Assembly (NCBI GenBank): GCA_964016885.1
Contig: OZ024753.1
Location: 45,694,001-45,758,000 of the forward strand
From: Eledone cirrhosa
Taxonomy: Eukaryota
Length of the DNA: 64,000 nt
Direction of reading: 5' to 3'
The notes beneath the pieces are model-generated. The model was given only the letters and a program-made list of their open reading frames with translations. It had not been told where the DNA came from and searched no databases. A program made the translations under genes and the position numbers. This document shows positions 54,201-64,000 of this stretch, one piece after another (position 1 is the first letter of the stretch; each line of letters opens with the position of its first letter).

Positions 54201-55049
54201 GTAGTCAAGGAAATGCAGTCATAGAGCGAGAGCGGGGGGGGGGCAGAAAGAAATAGACGACGGATAACAATAGAGCTGGAGAGTGAGAAGGAAAAACAAG
54301 GGAGATATTCAGGGAGATAGAGATATCCGTTGAAGCATACAATACACATGAAATTCTATATTTTTCTAGTATTTTTTTTTAGTGGGGTGGTGTTAGATGA
54401 TGTCGTCTATGTTTATCTATACTTATGTACGATTGCACAATATATATTTTGAAGAATGATTTCTATCTGATATAAGAATCCCTAGCTTTCATACAGAGTA
54501 ACCGTATCAATGTATATTGTAAGCACTTGAGTTAATCTGATTTTGTAGAAATAAAGTTATTTTCAACACTACTGGAGATGTAAGTTTATATCATTAACTG
54601 AAGTATCTCCTTAAAACAACTTACTGGCAGACACTCCTACTGACATCATGGCGGAGCTACTTGAGAGCTTCTCTGGTAGACATTTTATATTGATACACAC
54701 CATCCACCATCTCATTCAATTTCTACCCACCTACCATTTCTCTCTCTCTCTCTCTCTCTCCCTCCCTCTCTCACCCTCCCTCTCTCTCTCACCCTCCCTC
54801 CCTCTCTCCCTCTCTCTCTCTGACCCTCCCCCTCTCTCTCTCTCTCTTACAGACAGACAGACTGACACGTACATTCACACATATACAGAAATCACAGACG
54901 TTTAGACAGATATATATGCGTACACACAAAGAAAAACACATATGTGCACATCTCTCTTTCTCTCTCTCTCTCTCTCTTTCTACATATATATATGTGTGTT
55001 TGCGTGTGTGTGTGTTTACATATATACGCACACAAAAGACACGCACACA

Positions 55050-55295
55050 TATACATACATATATATATATAATTATACATACATATATATATATAATTAT
55101 ACATACATATATATATATAATTATACATACATATATATATAATTATACATACACATATATATATAATTATACATACATATATATATATATATATGATACA
55201 TACATATATATATATATATATATAATTATACATACATATATATATAATTATACATACATATATATATATATAATTATACCTACATACATATATAT
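55050..55295. repeat. ~22-24-bp microsatellite-derived minisatellite
   Basis: Recurring ataattatacatacatatatat unit. Confidence 0.85.
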
Positions 55296-55656
55296 GTGTA
55301 TATATTTGTGTGTAAGTATGTTTTTTGTTTTGTACATTAGAATAATAGCGAGCTACACTGAAATAGACTACGATACATAAATGTTTGTGTTAGTTGTCGA
55401 GTATGGATTCTTCCAAGTCCAATACATTTATTACTAAACATATTAGAATCTAAACACACTTTCCATTGAATTAAATTCTGTTTTGATCTCCTGGACAGTT
55501 TAACATCTTAACATTAAGTAGGTTATTGACTTAAGTTTATATTATTTACATCTAAACATTAGTGAATGTCTCTGTCTTTCAAATCTCCCCCACTGTCTCT
55601 TTCTCTGTGTATATATATATATAAATATATATATATATGACCCTCCCCAAGTATAG

Positions 55657-55699
<43 letters not shown>

Positions 55700-55894
55700 G
55701 ACGAGAGTGTAAGTATTTCTGAATGGGGTGGGGGGGGGGGATTTTGTCAATTCAGATGTAGTCATTAGTTCAACTTTTGCTCGCTAAAATAGTCAGAAAA
55801 CTTCGATATGCGATAAAGATACTATAGATATAAATTGGACGGATGTCCAAATAGATGCGAGTTTTGTTGGTTTGCAGAGAGAGTACCAAAACGC

Positions 55895-56070
55895 ACACTA
55901 CTACATGGAACTCTCTTTCAATACCCCTCTCTATATCAATTAATACCAAACTCTCCCCCTCTCTATATCTACTACATGGTCCTCTTTTTCAATGCTCCTC
56001 TCTATATCAATTAACACCAAACTCTCCCCCTCTCTATATCTACAACACGGAACCCGCTTTCAATATCCGT
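55895..56070 (-). repeat. GA-rich minisatellite family, inverted relative to 19625-19945
   Basis: Repeated ccctctctatatc core with alternating aattaa.accaaactct and tactacatgg spacers. Confidence 0.8.
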
Positions 56071-56135
56071 CTCGACAGTGTATATATATATATATACACT
56101 CGGACAGTGTATATATATCCTCATATACTCCACCA

Positions 56136-56195
<60 letters not shown>

Positions 56196-56726
56196 TCATA
56201 TTCTCCAGCATTGTATGCCGTAACTACATAAGATGAGTAAATATTGGACGTATTACATATTCAATATCTTCAAATGAACTATGAAATAAATACATAAATT
56301 CAACCATTTTTCTCCATGTAACTGAAACTGTAAAAATATATTAGAAATTGTTAAACAACTGTTCTATGTAATCTGAAGAGAAACATGCAGTTGTTTAAAT
56401 ACATCCAGTGTATTTAGCTTAGTTTCATTAAGATAAGAAGTGTGGGTTGAAAGCTACGATGCATTATACTCTTATATTATAGCATCAATACAAACAATGC
56501 TTAACTCGTCAGAAACATATGAAATATGAGCCTAATATGCGACATGAAGTTTAGTATAATAAAATCCAAATACAATACAATGGTTTACCAAGTAATACAG
56601 TAGATATTAGTTGACCATAGCGTGAGACAATTCCGATGTATTTCCTCAAAGGATTTCATATGTACATTCTGCAGCTCTGCCTATGTTACTGAAACCATTA
56701 TGTATGTATGTACATACATACATACA

Positions 56727-56795
<69 letters not shown>

Positions 56796-56900
56796 TGTAT
56801 ATATAGTGTATTTTGCAATACACTGTATGCTTAATTAAAAACATTTCGAAGACTTATGTTATTGTTTTAGAGTAGTGACAGACTCACTTACTTTAATTTT

Positions 56901-56985
56901 CAGCAAACAGGGGAGCTAAAGCTGACAGGGCCCTGTTTCGCATTTATTGATGCTTATCAAAGCCAACTACTCCTCCTGTTTGCTG
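56901..56985 (-). ncRNA. Type I hammerhead ribozyme (left-arm copy)
   Basis: Reverse complement reads cagcaaacaggaggagtagttggct-TTGATAA-gcat-caataa-atgc-GAAA-cagggccctg-TC-agctttagctcccctgtttgctg; stem III is palindromic. Confidence 0.75.
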
Positions 56986-57050
56986 CAATCATGGATGTTT
57001 GGTTCTTATAGAATTTTAATAAATAATCAGTAAGAACCAAACATCCATGA

Positions 57051-57141
57051 TTTCAGCAAACAGGAGGAGTAGTTGGCTTTGATAAGCATCAATAAATGCG
57101 AAACAGGACCCTGTCAGCTTTATCTCCCCTGTTTGCTGAAA
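57051..57141 (+). ncRNA. Type I hammerhead ribozyme (right-arm copy)
   Basis: Core UUGAUAA at 57079-57085 (U3:A8); stem II gcat/atgc with G10.1-C11.1; GAAA at 57100-57103; stem III cagg/cctg; GUC at 57113-57115. Stem I ggct/agct extends through ggag/ctcc to a 14-bp tttcagcaaacagg/cctgtttgctgaaa helix. Confidence 0.78.
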
Positions 57142-57269
57142 ATTAAAGTAAGTGAGTCTGTCACTACTCTAAAACAATAATGCGAAATGCTTTTAATGAA
57201 GCATACAGTGTATTGCAAAATACACTATATATACATTCATATATATATATAGCTATTTCAGAGCACCAA

Positions 57270-57315
<46 letters not shown>

Positions 57316-57326
57316 TACATACATAT

Positions 57327-57392
<66 letters not shown>

Positions 57393-57395
<3 letters not shown>

Positions 57396-57670
57396 CAAAA
57401 GGGATATTCAATGTGTTGGTAATTCAACAAATATAAATGTTTATAACTGATTCAGAGCACTCGACAGTTTTTCAAATTGAAACTATATTTATAAATCCCT
57501 ATTTATTCTATTATATATATTTCAAGGGTACCAAAACTTTGGTACTTTGTCAACATTTATAAAACAAACTTTGTATTTTATCTGATGAGTCGTCCCAAAG
57601 TTGTGGTACCCTTGAAATATATATCATAGAATAAATATGGTTTTTATAAATATAGTTTCCATTTATTTAA
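57393..57670 (-). mobile_element. TA-embedded foldback element family G
   Basis: ~69-bp imperfect arms at 57474-57542 and 57595-57664; CTGATGAG at 57582 in the spacer; gagcactcga motif shared with the 61052 element. Confidence 0.75.
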
Positions 57671-57673
57671 TAT

Positions 57674-57729
<56 letters not shown>

Positions 57730-58189
57730 CTATATATTTTCCCCTGTATTTTTTTATGTATATAATTATAATTACGTATGTGTATAATGATATCAGTATT
57801 GAAGCATCTCCCAATAATTGCAGCCACTCGTCCGCATTAAGTTTCAATTAACTCTTAATTGGCTCCAACATTGATGATATGTAAGTTGGCTGTCAATCTT
57901 ATCTGGATGGCTACTCATTGCGGATTTGGTACATTTGCTACCGTGTCTTCATTTCACTTGCCTCCTAGAAATATGTCCTATTAAGTTATATACACAAACT
58001 AACAAACACACATGGACACAAATTATCTATCTATCTATTTATCTATCTATTTTTCTATCTGTCTATCTATCTATTTTTCTATCTGTCTATCTATCTATTT
58101 TTCTCTTTATCTATCTATCTAACTAGGTAACCAAACGAAACCACGCACGACAACAACAACCCATCAGAGAATCAGCATGTTTCGTGCTT

Positions 58190-58700
58190 TTATGAAGGAC
58201 CAATAATGAACTGAAGGCCCTCATAACACGAAATAAGGAGATGAGAGGGAGAGGAGCTGTATTTTGATACCAACAACTTCGAAGTGTCATAGACATTAAT
58301 GATAATGCGAATGGCACCATAAGAATATAAGAACATTACTTAGAGTTGCCTGCAAGAATTGGAAACACCAATGTATGAGCCACGAGTATGCTAGAACAAT
58401 CAGCGGACATGGAGATCGAATCCTCCGATCTCCAACAACACTCGGAGTGTACGTAGATCCCTTTTGTTCTTTCAACTTACAGTAATCAACATGGAAATTC
58501 TAAGAACCAAATTTTGTCTGATGGACTTGCTGCTATTATATCGTTCTTGGTGACATATGCTGGTAGTATGAATGAGAGCGGGCGTATCTGAAATGTAATG
58601 ATCATAAAGAGTTCAATGGACAAGATCGCAGACCTCATTTACTTACCGAGTGGCGTAGAAGTCTTCAATTCAGACCCCAACATCGCGGTAGTGGTGTAAT
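58190..58700 (+). pseudogene. Decayed filamin-repeat-like coding remnant (possibly TRIM-NHL type)
   Basis: NNELKALITRNKEMRGRGAVF*...VIDINDNANGTIRI*..LP..IG, then GDRILRSPTTLGV. This follows the filamin-repeat pattern (T.D..G....GG, +.DN.DGT..V.Y.P...G, G.HI.GSP..V.V); stops and frameshifts are present. Confidence 0.4.
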
Positions 58701-59779
58701 ACGCAGAGAAGGACTTACTGTACCAACCGTGTATATATATAACCATTATATGACCTGCCTTTCCTTGTTTAATGCGGTATAAGTGATGTCAAGGAAATTG
58801 TGATGCTATTACTAGCATTCTGAGTATAGCAGTCATCTCGTACACAATTTTTATAACGTTAGTTCATATGCTCCTAGATCGATTTCAGAATTACTTCTCA
58901 TATCGATTATTTGTTCATAAAACGGATATACACATATATCGTACAGCAAATTCAAATAATAGTCACTACCTGTGGGGAAATTATCATGAATTCTAGTAGG
59001 TTATAAGAAATGACATTTATATCTGATAATTAACACAAGGCACTATTAGTCCACCAGCTGCCACGTAGTTCTCTGGACTAATGATCACCACTATAAAATC
59101 ATCTTTCTCATCACCAGAATACAGCCATTCTCAATTTTACTTCTGAGATCCAACTACTAAAATCTCGGAACTAATTTCTCTGGATATCTCTCTTTCTTCC
59201 TCTATCTTCATTTGGTACACACACACACACTCTCATTCAGACAGAGATGCAGACAATCAACACACGCACATAAACATACAGATAAATACACACTCATATA
59301 TACGCTCTTAAAATCCACAAACACTTACTCAAATATGCTCACAGTTATAACGCCAACAAACACATTCACACATACACTCATGAAGAAACACATACACATA
59401 TACATACATTTATATTTCAGCAGAGTGTACTGTAGTAATGTGAAGTGAAGTGTATATTCCTCAAGTGTATAACAAGCTTGGACACAAATCTATACCATTC
59501 TGATAGTGAATTTGAGATAGTAAAACCCCAAAGACCAGGACCTGAACCGAAACCCAGACTCCAATGAGGAATTAATATAAATGAAGCTATGAACTAAGTA
59601 ATTATAACACCTATAGTCAAAGAAATCGACTGGCAACTATTTAATAAGTTCATATATATAGTGGCTTGAAGAAAATTGTATTTTTGTTGTTAATTTACAA
59701 TGAAAATCAATTTAGGTGAAGTCAACCAAAACTTTAGAATATTTAGTTGTTTATAAGTGTTTAAGCACATATGTCCAAA

Positions 59780-59823
<44 letters not shown>

Positions 59824-60886
59824 CATGTATACATACAAACATACATATATATATATATATATATACATACATGTATACATACAAACATACATGTATATAT
59901 ATATATATATATATGTATACATACAAACATACATATATATATATACATACATACATGTATACATACAAACATACATATATATATATACATACATATATAT
60001 AAATGAATATATATATATATATATGTATCTGTGTGTGTTTATATATATATACACCAAAGGCTATTGACACGTAAAATTTGATGTTGCCCTCGACTGTTTC
60101 CTATTTTTAGGTTATATACATGTTTGGACAAGACAATATATTCCGTCGTTTAATTATTCAAACATATTGTCAAGTGAAGCAGAAAAAATACAAATATTTC
60201 AATCAATTTTTTTTCTTATGTCTAGACTTTAAAAACAAACTATAGCAATATATAATGGTCACACTAATCTGCTCTTTGTAAACGCAATTAACAAGCAGAA
60301 CTAATTAAATAATTGGATCATGTATCAAGTATACGTATATAGAAAAGCAGTTCTTTAAACGGCCGAGCTCGGACGGCACAAAGAGGCCTCTTGCTATCTG
60401 AAAGTGATTATAGAAAATAAACGAGTAGCGGATAGCTTTGAAGTTTATTTTATCGAAGAATACATTAAATTACGGGGCCAAATGAAACAAACCTTTGATG
60501 CTAAACTTTACATATATATTTCAAATATTTATGGAACAATTTCTATTTTAGTATTAAACAAACCAAGCGGAAAATTCTTTGAGAAGCCACATTTTAAATT
60601 ACACGTATATAATTAAATATAGAAGTATGGTACATACATGAAACTATACCAACATAACGACTAGACATGGTTAGTGATGTTGGTCGTTTCGATTTCAATA
60701 CAAAAACCAATTTCTAAGCATGTGTAATGATATTAATATCACCAGTAGTATATATACACATATATAAAATTATATATATATATATACATACAGCTATATA
60801 TACATATGTATACATGTATATATCATATTTATATATATATATATATACATACATATATACACGTATATATTTATATATATATTTAC

Positions 60887-60926
<40 letters not shown>

Positions 60927-61051
60927 ATATATATATATACATATGTACATATATATATATGCATACATATATAAGTATACATATGCATGCATATAAACAC
61001 ATATATATACATATATTCAATACATATATACAACACACACATATATATATA

Positions 61052-61410
61052 TTGAGTATATGTTGGTTGGTTACCGAAACCTCAGTATGCAGATTGGAGC
61101 ACTCGATGAAGTACGCAGGTTGGTTTGTTTACTCCGGACTAATATAAAATAAATAAGTCAAACATGTAAAATTTGTCTTCGTTTATTATAAATTCTCTGC
61201 TCTATATATTTCGGTGACAGCTATTATTGGCTGTGACCTCTTCAGGCAGTCCAAATTAGTGTGGAAAAGGTAGGTACACATGTTGTTGAATTGTGTTCCA
61301 CTCTGTCAATACATCGATATGCCCAGTTCCTGGGTGTGTTGTTAGTGCTCCGAGTTGATTCCAGTTCCTCGGAGGACTAACAACACATTAACAAAATGTA
61401 TCGATATATG
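61052..61410 (-). mobile_element. Penelope-like terminal repeat remnant with a hammerhead core and distal hairpin
   Basis: The - strand order is hammerhead core, AATAAA, atcgagtgctc motif, (TA)n; 20-bp hairpin at 61335-61354 / 61368-61387. Confidence 0.65.
61196..61250 (-). ncRNA. Hammerhead ribozyme motif (minimal, possibly defective)
   Basis: ctgc-CTGAAGA-ggtcacagc-caataata-gctgtcacc-GAAA-tatata-ga-gcag. The core is canonical and stem II pairs at 8 of 9 positions, but the cleavage-site/stem I register is off by 2 nt. Confidence 0.55.
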
Positions 61411-61419
61411 ATAATAAAT

Positions 61420-62612
61420 ACGTACATATCTATTAATATGTATTGATAAATATACTAATTTATGATAAATATGTACAAATATATTAATATTTATTAATAA
61501 TTATACTAGTATTTGATAAATATATATACATATATACATATATATTAATATATAATAATAAATATATTAGTATATTATAAATATGTATAAATATATACAT
61601 ATATATTGATATATATTAATAATTGTATTAATATACGATAAATATGTATACGTTTGTACATATATATTAATAAATGTATTAATATATGATTAATATGTAT
61701 AAATATTTACATATCTATTTATATATATCAATAAATATATTACCTTATGATAAATATCTATAAATATTTACATATATATTAATATTTATTAAGAAATGTA
61801 TTACTATATGATGAATATTTAAAAATACGTATATGCATATCAACATATATTAATAAATATACTAATTTATGATATATAGGTACATGTATATTAATATACA
61901 TTAATAATTATAGTAATATATGATAAATATGTATAAATATATACATATATACTTAAATATATGAATGAATATAATGGTATATGATAATTATCTATAAATA
62001 TGTTCAGATATATTAATAAATATGTTGATATATGGTATTAAATATTTATAAATACGTACATATATATTAATATATATTGATAAATATACTAATTTATGAG
62101 AGATATGTATAAATATATTAGTATATATTAATAATTATACTAATATGTGATAAATAGGTGTAAATATATACATATATATTAATATATATTAATAAATGTA
62201 TTAGTATATGATAAATATATCTATAAATATGTACATATAGTAATATATATTAATAAATACATTAATTTATGATAAATATGTACATATATGTTAATGTATA
62301 TTAATGACTATACTAATATTTGATGAATATGTATAAATACATACATATAGATATTGATATGTATTAATAAGTGTATGAATATATCATAATTATGTATAAA
62401 TATGTACATATATTAATATATATTAGTATATGTATTATCAAAAATATGTACATATATAGTAATGAATATGAATAAATACATTAATTTATTATAAATACGT
62501 TAATATATGTTAATAAATGTATTAATATATAGGTAGAAATATGTGCATATATATTAATATATATTAATTCATATCTATTAATAAATATACTAATATAGTA
62601 AATGTATGTACA
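61420..62612. repeat. Degenerate AT-rich minisatellite (~50-60-bp units)
   Basis: Recurring tgataaatatgtac/tataaat...atattaatatatattaataaat.tactaat blocks. Confidence 0.8.
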
Positions 62613-62613
62613 T

Positions 62614-64000
62614 ATTTATGATGCCATGTTAGCTACTTTAGAGACATTTTAGTGTCGTGTATGATGCCGTTTTAGCCATTTCAGAGTTGTTTAAGTCATT
62701 TATGATGCTGTTTTGGCCATTTGAGTGTCATTTTAGTCATTTATGATGCTGTTTCAGCCATTTTAGAGTCACTTTATTGATTTATGATGCCGTTTCTGCC
62801 ATTTTAGTGTCATTTTTGTTATTTATGATGCCGGTTTAGACATTTCAGAGCAATTTTCGTAATTTATGATGCCCTTTTAGAAATTTCAGTGTTGTTTTAG
62901 TCATATATGATGCTGTTTTAGCCAGTTTGAGTCATTTTAGTCATTTATGATGCGGTTTTAGCCATTTGAGAGTCAGTTTAGTCATTTATGATGCCGTTTT
63001 AGCCATTTTAGTGTCATATTCGTCATTTATGATGCAGTCTTAGCCATTGTAGAGTCGTTTTAGTCATTTATGATGCCATTTTATTCATTTTAGTGTCATT
63101 TTCATTCATTTATGATGCCGTTTTATCCAATTTAGAGTCCTTTTTGTCATTTATGATGCCATTATAGTCATTTTAGTGTTATTTCCTTCATTTATGATGC
63201 TATTTTGCCCATTTTAGTGTCATTTTCTTCATTTATGATGCCGTTTTAGCCAATTTAGAGTCAATTTAGTTATTTATGATGCAGTTTTAGCCATTTGAGA
63301 GTCAATTTAGTCATTTATGATGCCGCTTTAGCCATTTTAGTGTCATTTTAATGATTTATGATGCCCTTTCGGCCATTTTATCTCATTTTTATCATTTATG
63401 ATGCGTTTTAGCCATTTTAGAGTCATTTTAGTCATTTCTGATGCTGTTTTAGCCAATTTGAGTCATTTTAGCGATTTATGATGCCGTTTAAGCTATTTTA
63501 GAGTCATTTTAGTCATTTCTGATGCCGTTTTAGCCATTTCAGTGTTGTTTTAATCATATATGATGCTGTTTTAGCCAGTTTAGAGTCATTTTAATGATTT
63601 ATGATGCCGTTTTAGCCATTTGAGAGTCAATTTATTCATTTATGATGCCGTTTTAGTCATTTTAGTGTCATTTTCCTCATTAATGATGCAGTTTTAGCCA
63701 TTGTAGAGTCGTTTTAGTCATTTATTTTGCCATTTTAGTGAATTAAAATCATTTTAGTCATTTATGATGCCGTTTTAGCAATTTTAGTGTTATTTTAATG
63801 ATTTATGATGCCGTTTCGGATATTTGACTCTCATTTTTGTGATTAATGATGCGTTTTAGCCATTTTAGAGTCATTTTAGTCATTTCTGATGCTGTTTTAG
63901 CCAATTTAAGTCATTTTAGCCATTTATGATGCCGTTTTAGCCATTTGAGAGTCATTTTAACCATTTATGATGCCTTTTTAGCAATTTTAGTGTCATTTTC
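62614..64000. repeat. 41-bp tandem satellite (runs off window end)
   Basis: Consensus tcatttatgatgccgttttagccattttagagtcattttag; atgatgc recurs at 62661, 62702, 62743 and onward; about 34 units. Confidence 0.95.

Larger units (their letters stand above)
56791..57275 (+). mobile_element. TA-embedded foldback element family F with two hammerheads
   Basis: Arms at 56791-57008 and 57031-57240 with a 22-nt spacer, followed by a unique tail to 57275; (TA)n on both sides. Confidence 0.9.

Noticed and set aside
58284-58310. VIDINDNA as a cadherin DxNDN motif
   Set aside because: Lacks the following P-x-F; the context (NGT.RI, RILRSP) fits a filamin repeat better.
62614-64000. CRISPR-like periodicity
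   Set aside because: Contiguous diverged monomers without unique spacers, no cas genes, eukaryotic context.

Overview
Very AT-rich eukaryotic non-coding DNA. The repeat repertoire looks like a coleoid cephalopod (octopus-like), though this is an inference. No intact protein-coding gene can be supported, and nearly all listed ORFs are translations of (TA)n/(CA)n/(TATG)n microsatellites. The window holds several kilobase-scale interrupted (TA)n arrays and nine copies of one tRNA-derived SINE, all on the + strand and several with clean TSDs. It also has a few CORE-type SINEs, decayed RTE, Tx1/L1 and mariner fragments, decayed cadherin-like and filamin-repeat-like coding remnants, an AT-rich minisatellite and a 41-bp satellite running off the right end. 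The most striking signal is about 15 short elements from several sequence families embedded in (TA)n tracts. Most carry an inverted 5' part (often a foldback), many carry hammerhead-ribozyme cores, and most carry an RTYGAG motif about 35-65 nt from the 3' (TA)n. The largest (56791-57275) is a ~210-bp-arm palindrome with a complete type I hammerhead (U3:A8 variant, GUC site) in each arm. These look like Penelope-like/retrozyme-type (TA)n-targeted retroelements whose inversions arise by second-strand priming from the self-complementary TA target.
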